A DNA stretch of 64,000 nt, from IMG/VR virus record IMGVR_UViG_3300020464_000002, positions 1,326-65,325 of that record; one strand, 5' to 3'. Position numbers and translations under genes: made by a program. Numbering within the stretch: the first letter of the stretch is position 1; each line of letters starts with the position of its first letter. Under the pieces are notes generated by a model. The model did not search any database. It was not told where the DNA came from and was given only the letters and a program-made list of their open reading frames with translations. Of this stretch, positions 26,280 through 35,180 are shown in pieces. This DNA is from a virus.

Positions 26280-26483
26280 TTAGTTGTTTTCAACCTCAAC
26301 TTCTTCAACCTCTACACCGAATACCTCTCTTTTAATGCGATTTGCGTCGGCTCGTGTCCAAGATTTGCGGTCAGCAACCCACCGCTGCGGCGGATTTTCG
26401 GCCATATAATTAGCGATAAACGTTCGCTTGTCAATTCCACATTCTTTTGATAGCTGTGTCAGTGATACCCATTCAATAGGCAT
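26280..26483 (-). CDS. excisionase / AlpA-like small HTH protein
   Basis: 67 aa. WVSLTQLSKECGIDKRTFIANY is HTH-like. Adjacent and convergent to int. GGAGA SD. Confidence 0.5.
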   Translation of the reverse strand: MPIEWVSLTQLSKECGIDKRTFIANYMAENPPQRWVADRKSWTRADANRIKREVFGVEVEEVEVENN

Positions 26484-26537
26484 GGTAGTCTCCTATGGTT
26501 TCAAGATGATTGTTTGAGCAGACGGCGTATTTATCAT

Positions 26538-27059
26538 TCATCGGTTAGCCTCCGTATTAAGTCTTAATAGACAGTCACATATATTTTCACCCTCTAGCAT
26601 TGAGAGATAATCCGTAGCGATAATTTTTCTAAATTCATGAATATTATTTTCAATAATACCGCTGGTATTGGCGGGGTTATTCTCAGAATAAGCGCGGGTA
26701 TAAATAACCTCATTAGACATCGATATATCTAGTACCTCTATAATTACCTTATGATTAAATCGATCTAACCAGCGCTGGCCAATACTAAAGCCGCTAGCGT
26801 CATATTCCTCTTGTTTTTTGGCGTAGTGGACGTTTAATATCCAATCGTTTGCGTCATCGTGACTGATAAAACCGTGTCGCTGATCCGACTCATTAGTAAT
26901 GCGATTAGCCCAACGAACGCTTAAACCATTTTTTTTGTCCACATAGACCGTGTAGAAGTGAGTAGGTGACATAGCAACGTTGCCTTGTTGCCAGTTAAGC
27001 GGGGTTAGTTTGTCTGCGTTATCGATGGTTGATCCTTGTTTGCTTGTGTTATTGCTCAT
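26538..27059 (-). CDS. hypothetical protein (AT-rich, moron-like)
   Basis: Visibly more AT-rich than its neighbours. No recognised motif. Confidence 0.55.
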   Translation of the reverse strand: MSNNTSKQGSTIDNADKLTPLNWQQGNVAMSPTHFYTVYVDKKNGLSVRWANRITNESDQRHGFISHDDANDWILNVHYAKKQEEYDASGFSIGQRWLDRFNHKVIIEVLDISMSNEVIYTRAYSENNPANTSGIIENNIHEFRKIIATDYLSMLEGENICDCLLRLNTEANR

Positions 27060-27120
27060 ACTTAAAACCTTTTAATTGCTGGCCGTCATCGAGCGTGACG
27101 GCTCCTTAAAATTTGATTAA

Positions 27121-28050
27121 TCAGGCTGGCTTGAATAATGCCTCGCCTACATAAGCATCTATAGCCGCTAGATTGAGATTTTTAGGGCTGGTTATGTTTA
27201 GCACGTCTTCCGATAAATCACTTCTTACTACCAGTTGCCTATTGCCGACAAATCGATCAATCTTGTACTTACGTCCTTTGTCATAGTTTTTATTGCCCTT
27301 GGTGCACTCCAATTCAGTGCCAGTAAGCACCGTTTGAAATTCTTTTAATAGGTAAGGATCACTAATATCCTCACTGATTAGGTAGAAAAAGTAACCGCGA
27401 CCTGACTTAGTGGCAGCCAAGTCTTTTATTTTTTTACCTTTTTCTTTACCGAACGTCATTACCGTTGGTATGCGTGTCATTTCGCTAAACTCATAAAGCG
27501 ACTGCATATCGGTTATACCAGCTTCACGGCAAAATATGCGTAGAAGACGAACACAAAATCTCACGTCATGCGCCGCACTATGGGCGTTTTGTGCGTGCTG
27601 TCTTGCATAGTCATAGTCAAAACGGTACAACAGCGCCGCTAACTTATGATCTGCATCAGGGTAAAGGTGACGTGCTATTGCTAGCGTGCATATTGACTTG
27701 TATTTGCTGGTATCAACGCCTGAATTACGTGCAACTTGCAAATCATAGTCAATGTTATGGCCAATGATATAAGCCGCGCCGTATGGCATGTGATCTAGTA
27801 ATACCTTTTCGTGGCTTTCTGCCGCCTCTAAGTCCTCGGGGCATATACCAGTAACCGCCATTGCGCCATAACTGATATCACGATCAGGGCGGCAACTCTT
27901 GGCGTATGCGTCCGTTGTGGGGTTCAAGATACCCTTATTGCTAAAAGCAATCGAGCAATAACCAATTTGAGTTGCTTGCGCGTCAGGGCTTGCGTCAGTG
28001 GCCTCAAAATCAATAGCCATGGCTGGCAAGTTTGAGTTTGATTGCATCAT
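27121..28050 (-). CDS. DEDDh 3'-5' exonuclease (DnaQ/ExoX-like) with C-terminal extension
   Basis: ExoI AIDFEAT, ExoII GHNIDYDL, ExoIII HSAAHDV. FGKEKGKKIKDL resembles the ExoX-like C-terminal module. Confidence 0.75.
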   Translation of the reverse strand: MMQSNSNLPAMAIDFEATDASPDAQATQIGYCSIAFSNKGILNPTTDAYAKSCRPDRDISYGAMAVTGICPEDLEAAESHEKVLLDHMPYGAAYIIGHNIDYDLQVARNSGVDTSKYKSICTLAIARHLYPDADHKLAALLYRFDYDYARQHAQNAHSAAHDVRFCVRLLRIFCREAGITDMQSLYEFSEMTRIPTVMTFGKEKGKKIKDLAATKSGRGYFFYLISEDISDPYLLKEFQTVLTGTELECTKGNKNYDKGRKYKIDRFVGNRQLVVRSDLSEDVLNITSPKNLNLAAIDAYVGEALFKPA

Positions 28051-28065
28051 AAAATTCCTCTCTAT

Positions 28066-28377
28066 TTAGTTGGCAAGCTGACTGCCAGCGGTTAACTTGA
28101 TACTACCGCATGAGTCGGTGGCAACGTACTGATTACCCGCGATAGGGTGGCCATTGGTACTGATCGTGATCTCGATACTGTCACCATCAATCACTAGGTC
28201 TTTTAACGGCACACCCACGACCAATTCCAGCAAGTCTTCTGCGCTCATTGCGCCGAGCGCTTGCGGATCAACGAGCGTACTTTTAACAGTCTTTCTCGAT
28301 TTTCTTGCTGACAAAAAGGAAGTCGCCGCAATGATGGTTGCTATGGCTGTGATCAGCGCTAAAAAACTGGTATTCAT
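28066..28377 (-). CDS. small membrane-anchored protein
   Basis: N-terminal TM FLALITAIATIIAATSFL followed by RKSRK. Confidence 0.5.
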   Translation of the reverse strand: MNTSFLALITAIATIIAATSFLSARKSRKTVKSTLVDPQALGAMSAEDLLELVVGVPLKDLVIDGDSIEITISTNGHPIAGNQYVATDSCGSIKLTAGSQLAN

Positions 28378-28429
28378 TATTTAATATCCTTATGCTTAAT
28401 AAGGCGGCCAAGCGACCGCCTATTTTGGC

Positions 28430-29491
28430 TTACGCCATTTCTTGTTGATTGTTATAGACGTTGTATTGACCACCATCATCAGCGATCACCTCTGCATAAT
28501 CATTCGGATCAACCGATTGTGTGTTTTGCTGCTGAGCATAACTTGCTTGCTCGTCTTTTATCACTTGCGCGTCTATTGTTGCCTTTAGTTTGTTTTGATA
28601 GTAATCAAAACGACCCGCTGGTATAAGCCTTACGTCAGGTATAGCCTTTTTGATATTGGCAACAGAATTGGGATCGGTAACGCAAGCAATCATCTTGGTT
28701 AAAATATCGACCTGCTCGTCATCGATATATTGAATTTGCGGCTCAGGTTGCGGCTGCTCGCTTGGCTCCTGCTGCGGGGTTACATCCCGCGCTTGCGTAA
28801 AGTCCTCAACCTCGTCTTTAGTGTAAATCCCCATCATGACTTCGGGCGCGTAAAGCCGACCAAAAAAAGCGGCGGCGCGATACTTCGCCATTTGCTCAGG
28901 CATAGTTGGCCATTTGCTGCCCCGCTTAAAGTACCAACCCTCTTTGATAGCTAGCTCCAAGGTAATAGGTGACGACTCAACCCTATTACCAGTCTCCTTG
29001 TCGATCGCCCACGCCACGCAAGAGAAATCGTTAACATTGGTCGTTTTGGTAAAATATTTCTTGTTTCTGCCATAGCCGCTAGTCTCTTGGTATTCGATAT
29101 TGCGATTGCCAAGATCGGTAAATTCAAAATTTAACGTGCCAAACCGAACGCAAGAGTTAATACCCGCAATGATGAATGTCGAAGACCAAGCGGGTCGCCC
29201 CTCTATGAGATAAAGGTTTTGCATAATCATTAGGGGATCTGCGCCCATGCGATTAGACATATTGAGTGCGACCAAGCAGTTAGCGACCGCGTTGGGGTTG
29301 TTTATGTGTTCCTCTCTATAAGTGTCACCCCAGCCTGATTTTTTCACTATCACAGCGCGGTATGCTTCGGGGACGATGTTAGAATTGGCTAGCATGTGGG
29401 CGGCCTTAACCACCTCGTTGAAGTTGCTAAAATTAAAAAGCCCAGTGCCAGCGGCTTGCGTTTGGTTGTTGGTTGTCGTTAACTCACTCAT
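28430..29491 (-). CDS. recT: RecT-family single-strand annealing protein
   Basis: VANCLVALNMSNRMGADPLMIMQNLYLIEGRP..ELAIKEGW..KWPTMPEQMAKYRAAAFFGR fits the conserved RecT core. Confidence 0.8.
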   Translation of the reverse strand: MSELTTTNNQTQAAGTGLFNFSNFNEVVKAAHMLANSNIVPEAYRAVIVKKSGWGDTYREEHINNPNAVANCLVALNMSNRMGADPLMIMQNLYLIEGRPAWSSTFIIAGINSCVRFGTLNFEFTDLGNRNIEYQETSGYGRNKKYFTKTTNVNDFSCVAWAIDKETGNRVESSPITLELAIKEGWYFKRGSKWPTMPEQMAKYRAAAFFGRLYAPEVMMGIYTKDEVEDFTQARDVTPQQEPSEQPQPEPQIQYIDDEQVDILTKMIACVTDPNSVANIKKAIPDVRLIPAGRFDYYQNKLKATIDAQVIKDEQASYAQQQNTQSVDPNDYAEVIADDGGQYNVYNNQQEMA

Positions 29492-29492
29492 T

Positions 29493-29984
29493 TTATTTAT
29501 ACCCCGCTATCTCACCGTTAAATATCTTGTCCAACTGATCGTCAGTTGGATTAATAAAGATCGTCGCTGGCTGGCTGTTGCGTTGCCCTTGTGCCAGCCT
29601 GATTAGATAGCCTTTATCGACCCCCTTTTTTGCTCGGGCTGGCTTGTCTGCCATGGCTTCAAAATGAGACTTAATAGAAGACACGCGTTTTTGCATGACA
29701 ATAGGGTCAGTTTCACGAATAAATTTAAACGTATCACCCTTGGCGCTTATCAATGATTGAAACTTAGCGGCAATAGCTTTTTTGTAGCTTGGCTTTAAAT
29801 GTACTCGCAACCACATACAGTTAACAAACTTAAGGGCGCTATCACCGACATTGCCGTCTTGATCAGCTACGCACGCATACATAGATGGGTTGCAATTTTT
29901 ATCGTAAATCATGACTTGACCAGCAAAGCTACCGTCAAAATAACGGCGCACCGTGGTCGTGTTTATCATTGCGCGTACTTTCAC
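29493..29984 (-). CDS. hypothetical protein
   Basis: Stop is 1 nt from the recT start. Part of the early-left operon. Confidence 0.6.
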   Translation of the reverse strand: MKVRAMINTTTVRRYFDGSFAGQVMIYDKNCNPSMYACVADQDGNVGDSALKFVNCMWLRVHLKPSYKKAIAAKFQSLISAKGDTFKFIRETDPIVMQKRVSSIKSHFEAMADKPARAKKGVDKGYLIRLAQGQRNSQPATIFINPTDDQLDKIFNGEIAGYK

Positions 29985-30355
29985 TTGTCACCCCCTAGGC
30001 CTAATAGGTAGTCAATTCTTTCATGTGCTTGTTGCATTGCACGCTTAGCCTTTTCAACGCCAAGCGTTAAACGATCCAAGTCTAATTCTTCTAACTTTTG
30101 CTCCAAGCTGGCAACCTCACCTTCTAAATCCTCTATCTCGGATAGCAAGTCTTCTCTGCTTTTGTCGTCTATTCTTTTTAAGTCATCAGCACTAAAAAAT
30201 AAGCCTTTGTTGTTGCCGCTTCGGTAAATAATCCCCAGCTTATCCACTTGATAGGCTAGCTGATAAGCTAGCGTGTCATCAGGGTTATCAAGTAGTGCAT
30301 CAACCAACTCAGCATCATTCATTATGCTAATAGGGCGCAGTAATAGATCACTCAT
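29981..30355 (-). CDS. hypothetical coiled-coil protein
   Basis: Overlapping start/stop with both neighbours. Heptad-rich EDLEGEVASLEQKLEELDL. Confidence 0.6.
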   Translation of the reverse strand: MSDLLLRPISIMNDAELVDALLDNPDDTLAYQLAYQVDKLGIIYRSGNNKGLFFSADDLKRIDDKSREDLLSEIEDLEGEVASLEQKLEELDLDRLTLGVEKAKRAMQQAHERIDYLLGLGGDK

Positions 30356-30855
30356 TGAACACCCCCAGTAGAAGCGTATCGCTTCATTTCTGCCAGCTTT
30401 TCGTTAGCGTACTGATTTTGCTTTCTAAACTCGATGAGAGCGGGGCTTTCAAGATCGGTTCGAGCATTTATGGTTGATGTGGCTATGTCTTTTTCAGCTT
30501 GGCTCATCACATAGCTATTGCACCCAGTCACATTGCCAACCGTTGCGATGATCGCGCCAACGGTCAAACCAACGGCAACGTGCCGAATATATGATTTAAA
30601 CTGGCTTGCCTTGGCTGGCGTGTCAGTATCGATAAACTGATCATCGGTATCACCTGCCAGCAACTTAGCTGGCGAATAACCCATTTCACGTAAACCATCC
30701 CAGCCTATATAGCGGATATACGATCCAGTTTCGGCATCGGTTATGTCTGCATACTGGTCTTCCAAGTGAATGTTTAAGCGCTCATTGCGTCCAAACTTAT
30801 AAACAGCTGGCGTGTAGCGCTCAGCTTTATTGATTAGCGTTAGAATCTGTGTCAT
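30352..30855 (-). CDS. hypothetical membrane protein
   Basis: One TM (VAVGLTVGAIIATVGNV). Its leader shares an 11-mer with the leader of 31222..31614. Confidence 0.6.
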   Translation of the reverse strand: MTQILTLINKAERYTPAVYKFGRNERLNIHLEDQYADITDAETGSYIRYIGWDGLREMGYSPAKLLAGDTDDQFIDTDTPAKASQFKSYIRHVAVGLTVGAIIATVGNVTGCNSYVMSQAEKDIATSTINARTDLESPALIEFRKQNQYANEKLAEMKRYASTGGVQ

Positions 30856-30928
30856 AATATTTTTTCCGTTGAAAGTGTTTGACCCCTTTTTTGATTCCAG
30901 TCAAAAAAGGGTTTTTTATTGTCTAAAT

Positions 30929-31225
30929 TTAGCTGTGGTGATCGATACACGCTTGCTTAGTATCAAAAACCAACTCAGCCCCTTTTAACCCCAAGTCATC
31001 ATTCATTCGCGCTGCGTGCCTGACAAAAGCGTTTTCATGGCCTTTCATCAGCATGTGACCAGCACATTGCTTGCGATCTCTTAATGTACCGCCAGTTGTT
31101 TTGTGACAGATAAATGAATCAGCGTTTAAAATCTCAGTCATGCGATCTTCACCAAGCCAGCCTTCTAGCGTGTCTTTTCTAAAAGGACAGTCTTTACAGG
31201 GTGTTTTAACTCTAGGTATTTTCAC
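30929..31225 (-). CDS. hypothetical Cys-rich protein
   Basis: CKDCPF..CH..C..C pattern. 4-nt overlap with the upstream gene. Confidence 0.6.
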   Translation of the reverse strand: MKIPRVKTPCKDCPFRKDTLEGWLGEDRMTEILNADSFICHKTTGGTLRDRKQCAGHMLMKGHENAFVRHAARMNDDLGLKGAELVFDTKQACIDHHS

Positions 31226-31614
31226 TTTTCACCCTCGTTCATTTGCTTTTCGGCCATTGCCGCCATGTCTTTATCAGATAAAGACTTGCCTTGTTTTTTT
31301 GGCTCATTGACTGGCGGGTTAGCTGGTTGCTTGCTAATTTGCTCGCAAAAGTCCATTGCAAGATCAAGCACCATTTCTGCTATGTCTACCTTAAAGACAC
31401 CTGACTGCCCCTTTTTCTTATCCGTAACCTGAATGATCAGCCCTAGACCTTCACCCTCAACAGGCATTTCCTTGCTTACTTCAACTTCTACATGATCTGC
31501 TTTGGCTGAAAAAAAACCTTGAGCTAAAAGAAAACCAGTATCAGGCTTGATCGCTTCAACCGTTGTGGTTAAAACAGCTATATCGTTTTTAACAGTTACT
31601 TTTTTACCAAACAT
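31222..31614 (-). CDS. hypothetical protein, first gene of early-left operon
   Basis: GGAGA SD. Downstream of the operator-like repeats at 31716-31781. Confidence 0.6.
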   Translation of the reverse strand: MFGKKVTVKNDIAVLTTTVEAIKPDTGFLLAQGFFSAKADHVEVEVSKEMPVEGEGLGLIIQVTDKKKGQSGVFKVDIAEMVLDLAMDFCEQISKQPANPPVNEPKKQGKSLSDKDMAAMAEKQMNEGEK

Positions 31615-31715
31615 AAATTTTCTCCGTTGAAAGCCAAAATGGTTTTTTTTGACTTTGTTGTTGCGATTGCAAAAGAGTTGTTTTTTTAAATAATTTCGGC
31701 TGATTCGTCACCATC

Positions 31716-31781
31716 CGATAGTGATAAGTTTACTAAACGAAACCAAACAAAGCAAGTATAAGTTGCCAAAAAGAAACTTAT
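31716..31781. promoter_or_regulatory. left operator region (shared half-sites with cI-cro intergenic region)
   Basis: CGATAGTGATAAGTTTA at 31716-31732 (reverse complement TAAACTTATCACTATCG); ATAAGTT at 31758-31764 and GAAACTTAT at 31773-31781. Confidence 0.5.
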
Positions 31782-31794
31782 TTTGATCAGGCAA

Positions 31795-31819
31795 TAAAAA
31801 ACCCGCACAACGGCGGGCT
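31795..31819 (-). terminator. terminator of cI
   Basis: On the minus strand: CCCGC / GCGGG stem followed by T6. Confidence 0.6.
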
Positions 31820-31845
31820 TTACAGCGGTTTACTTTTTTAAATTA

Positions 31846-32544
31846 TTACCATCTTTCCATGTTTGACCATTCCCACACCCAGCCTAGTATCTCTATATCA
31901 TCCATTTGCTCAGGGGGGACTATTTCATCTTCGTACTCAGGATTATGGCTTCTTATAAGCAATCCGCCATCAGGTCGCCAGTATAAATACTTGGTACGCC
32001 TCATAACCCCATGTCTGAAACAATATATCTTACCGTCTTTGATCTCTTTTTTGCTAGCATCTGCGGTGCATCTAGCGCCGTCCGATATTCGATCGGACAT
32101 ACTGTCACCATCGTTTATATAGCTAAAAGATTGTGTGATGCTTGCACCTGCTTTACGAGCAGATCTTTTGCTCATGCGTATTTTTTTATCAGTCATTTCT
32201 TGTATTTCGCCCTCTTTGTTACCCGCTGTAACTAATACTTTATCGTAGTGACTGATTTCAAATTCGTCGTCATCTAATGGGGTGCTGTCATCCCAGCCTA
32301 AGACCTCAGAAGTATCATCGCTTGTAGAAGTTTCTTTTTCTTTTTCTATACCAGTCAGCAACCATTCTGAGTCTACATCTAAAAATTTAGCAAGTGCTAT
32401 TAAGTAACTTCCTTTGGGCGTGTTTGTGCCTGACAGCCATTTAGATACCGTGCCCTTGCTGGCTCCCGTAACCCTAACAATATCCGCTTGCTTGCTATCG
32501 CTTGCTGCCAATCTACTTTGAATCCTATCTGCTACCGTCTGCAT
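31846..32544 (-). CDS. cI: CI-type repressor (XRE HTH + S24 LexA-like peptidase)
   Basis: N-terminal QADIVRVTGASKGTVSKWLSG HTH. C-terminal GDSM...K (S24 Ser/Lys dyad context). Divergent from the cro-like gene. Confidence 0.85.
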   Translation of the reverse strand: MQTVADRIQSRLAASDSKQADIVRVTGASKGTVSKWLSGTNTPKGSYLIALAKFLDVDSEWLLTGIEKEKETSTSDDTSEVLGWDDSTPLDDDEFEISHYDKVLVTAGNKEGEIQEMTDKKIRMSKRSARKAGASITQSFSYINDGDSMSDRISDGARCTADASKKEIKDGKIYCFRHGVMRRTKYLYWRPDGGLLIRSHNPEYEDEIVPPEQMDDIEILGWVWEWSNMERW

Positions 32545-32603
32545 AATCAGCCCTCCAGCCTATTTATAGTTTCTTAGAGTAGACCAGACTGTTGATTTTT
32601 GGC

Positions 32604-32639
32604 TAAACTTATGGTTTACTATCGGAAACTTTATGTTTA
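32604..32639. promoter_or_regulatory. right operators in cI-cro intergenic region
   Basis: TAAACTTATGGTTTA (32604-32618) and GAAACTTTATGTTTA (32625-32639), both AAAC-N5-GTTT dyads. They overlap the candidate PR TTGATT (32592-32597). Confidence 0.55.
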
Positions 32640-32653
32640 TTTAAGGAAACGTT

Positions 32654-32983
32654 ATGGACATAGACTCGATCCATAAGTATTGCGGCACAAAAGCTGATGT
32701 AGACCTCAAACCTTTCTTGGGTGTGAGTAAGTCAACTATAAGTAAATGGCGTGCCAATGGCATACCCGCTGAGCGTCAAGCCATATTTGAATTGCTGTCT
32801 AATGGTGCGCTTAAAGCTGATCTAAACGAATTTAAGTTAGAACAGCTACAGACCAAAAGTGGCGTACCTATTGAGCGTCAAGCCATATTTCAAGCGCTAT
32901 CTAATAGCGCTACGAAAGCCGATCTAGCGAGTTTTAAGTTAGGACAACCTCGATCAAAAAATGTTTCATCTAAGCGTCTGTAA
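32654..32983 (+). CDS. cro: Cro/YdaS-like HTH protein with internal 34-aa tandem duplication
   Basis: LGVSKSTISKWRANGIPAERQ HTH. AAGGAA SD. Divergent from cI. Confidence 0.6.
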   Translation: MDIDSIHKYCGTKADVDLKPFLGVSKSTISKWRANGIPAERQAIFELLSNGALKADLNEFKLEQLQTKSGVPIERQAIFQALSNSATKADLASFKLGQPRSKNVSSKRL

Positions 32984-33040
32984 TAAATATTACAACAAAC
33001 TATCATCAAAAAGAACGTACAAATGCAAGGAAAAAATACG

Positions 33041-33550
33041 ATGCGCAATCCAATGGATATTATTGATGCGGCATACAAAACTGTGCACGAATACCCACAC
33101 GGCGGCAGCGCTGCATTAGCAGCACGCATGGGGTTTAAGTCAGTAGCACTGCTTAATAACAAAGTAAACAAAACCGCACCCGCGCACCACCTCCGCTTAG
33201 ATGAGGCGGTAAGCATTATGGAATTAACAGGCGATCATGCCATTGTGCACGCGATCGCTTACCGTTTGGGTGGGGTGTATTGCGAGATCAATACTGTGGA
33301 AACGCAGAAAGAAGATTTGATTATGACGGCGCTGTCTGCATCTGCCAGCTCAGGCGATGTTATCCAAGAGCTTCACCACGCGCTTGAAGATGGACAAATA
33401 AGTTGCGACCAGCGCATTACGCTACTTGCCAAGATCCAAGACGCGCAAACCGTACTACAGTCATTGGCTCAGAGTGTCAAAGATAAGCACGCTATAGACA
33501 ACCCCCATGTGGTTGCGTATCAGCAAGCAAATAGCAAAGCACTGGGCTAA
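33041..33550 (+). CDS. CII-like regulatory protein (tentative)
   Basis: Lies directly after cro. The ATG at 33041 with an AAGGAAAAA SD is preferred to 33023. Family call is weak. Confidence 0.35.
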   Translation: MRNPMDIIDAAYKTVHEYPHGGSAALAARMGFKSVALLNNKVNKTAPAHHLRLDEAVSIMELTGDHAIVHAIAYRLGGVYCEINTVETQKEDLIMTALSASASSGDVIQELHHALEDGQISCDQRITLLAKIQDAQTVLQSLAQSVKDKHAIDNPHVVAYQQANSKALG

Positions 33551-33578
33551 AAATCACCATTTTAACGGACAAAAAACT

Positions 33579-34439
33579 ATGAGTATCGCAACCAAAAAAG
33601 CAACCATTATTAAAGAAGATAACAAGCCTTATTCCTCGTTCAACGCGTATCAGCGACCCAAGCGCAAGCACACCAGCTACCACAAGCCTAAAAACGTCAG
33701 AGTTATAAATCTCGACCCTACCGATGATCCCGATCAGGTATGTGAGGCGTATCGCCAAATCAGAATAAAAGAGCAATACAAACGCATTGCTAAAAATGAA
33801 GCGCGTTTTGCTGAAAAGCGCCGCCTTGCTGAGATAGCAGCTGAAAAAGCTGCCGCTAAAGAAGCAAAAAGGGAAGAAAAAAGAAGAATGGGGGCTGCTA
33901 TGGCAGTTAAGAAGCGTAGAGAGTCGAGCAAGTCTGTAGCAGCAAGACAGCGCCAAGCGCTTATCTCAAAAATATTAAAAGCTGGCAAGCCCATAAGTTT
34001 AAAAGCCAGTGAGATCATAAGCGGCGACCAAAAAAGCACCGTCAAGGATTTTAATATTAAAAAGGAAGTGGAAAAACTAAGAGTCCATGGCCACGACATT
34101 GTATCGATAGTCTCAGCTGGCAGACAGTGCAACAGAGCTATATCTATTTCTTTATTTGTGATTGATGACTTTGAGCGACCGACCGAGCGCATAAACGAGA
34201 TCTACGCAGCCAGCCAAGCCGATGCTAATAAAGTGATTATTGAGGCTTTACAAAAAGGTTTTGTTTTAACCGCTGATGACGTAAGAGCGTCCGCATCAGC
34301 AGTTAGAAACGCGATCTATCAGCTTAGGCTTGAGGGCTGGCCGATTTGTACCATCAAGAATCGCGCTACTGATGATCAGACGCGTGGCTGGATACTGCCT
34401 TGTGAGGCAAACGGCTTGCAAGCGTTTGTGGCCGAATGA
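33579..34439 (+). CDS. hypothetical Lys/Arg-rich DNA-binding-like protein
   Basis: The ATG at 33579, after the upstream stop, is preferred to the overlapping 33507. Highly basic central segment. Confidence 0.5.
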   Translation: MSIATKKATIIKEDNKPYSSFNAYQRPKRKHTSYHKPKNVRVINLDPTDDPDQVCEAYRQIRIKEQYKRIAKNEARFAEKRRLAEIAAEKAAAKEAKREEKRRMGAAMAVKKRRESSKSVAARQRQALISKILKAGKPISLKASEIISGDQKSTVKDFNIKKEVEKLRVHGHDIVSIVSAGRQCNRAISISLFVIDDFERPTERINEIYAASQADANKVIIEALQKGFVLTADDVRASASAVRNAIYQLRLEGWPICTIKNRATDDQTRGWILPCEANGLQAFVAE

Positions 34440-34517
34440 CAGGCAGTAAAAAGCCAGCGTGGGGCGCTGGCTAGTATTAAACAACTCGAAAGAAGTTAAC
34501 AAATAGGATTATATCAC

Positions 34518-35180
34518 ATGCAACAGCTTATGCAACAAAACACAGATAGCATGATGAGCAGCCGAGAGATTGCGCAATTATGCGGAAAAAATCACTCTCA
34601 TGTCTTGCGAGATATTAGAGAAATGATTAAGCAAATAGGTAATCCAAGTTTGGATTATAAACAATATCAAACACTTAGCGATGATATTGGCCGTACCGCA
34701 TCAATCAATTTAAACAAAGATCTAACCATGACTTTGATCACAGGCTATCGCGCCGACATACGTTATCAGGTGATCAAACGCTGGCAAGAGTTGGAGCAGT
34801 CAGCCGCCGCACCAGTTATGCCAGCGATACCGCAAACATTTTCAGAAGCCTTGCTACTTGCTGGATCACTACAGCAAAAAATAGAGCAAGACGCGCCCAA
34901 AGTTGCTCACTACGACAGTATCGTTGACCGCCATACGCTGCTAACCGCCACACAGGTTGGCCAAAAGGTAGGCGTGTCAGCTACAAAGCTAAATATCTTT
35001 TTGGACACGCTAAATGTTTATAACAAAACCGTTAAGCGTAGCAGAGTGTTTAACACTTGGTTTATATCAAAAGGGCTTGGTCAGTTAAAGCAGGTCAAAA
35101 AGGGCTACGATCAGCCGCTATTCACGCTAAAGGGTGAGGCATGGGTAGTGAGTCAGTATAAGAAAGCGGAGGTGGCTTAA
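34518..35180 (+). CDS. antirepressor (Rha N-terminal / KilAC C-terminal type)
   Basis: SSREIAQLCGKNHSHVLRDIREM matches the Rha signature. PKVAHYDSIV..LLTATQVG matches the KilAC pattern. Confidence 0.7.
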   Translation: MQQLMQQNTDSMMSSREIAQLCGKNHSHVLRDIREMIKQIGNPSLDYKQYQTLSDDIGRTASINLNKDLTMTLITGYRADIRYQVIKRWQELEQSAAAPVMPAIPQTFSEALLLAGSLQQKIEQDAPKVAHYDSIVDRHTLLTATQVGQKVGVSATKLNIFLDTLNVYNKTVKRSRVFNTWFISKGLGQLKQVKKGYDQPLFTLKGEAWVVSQYKKAEVA

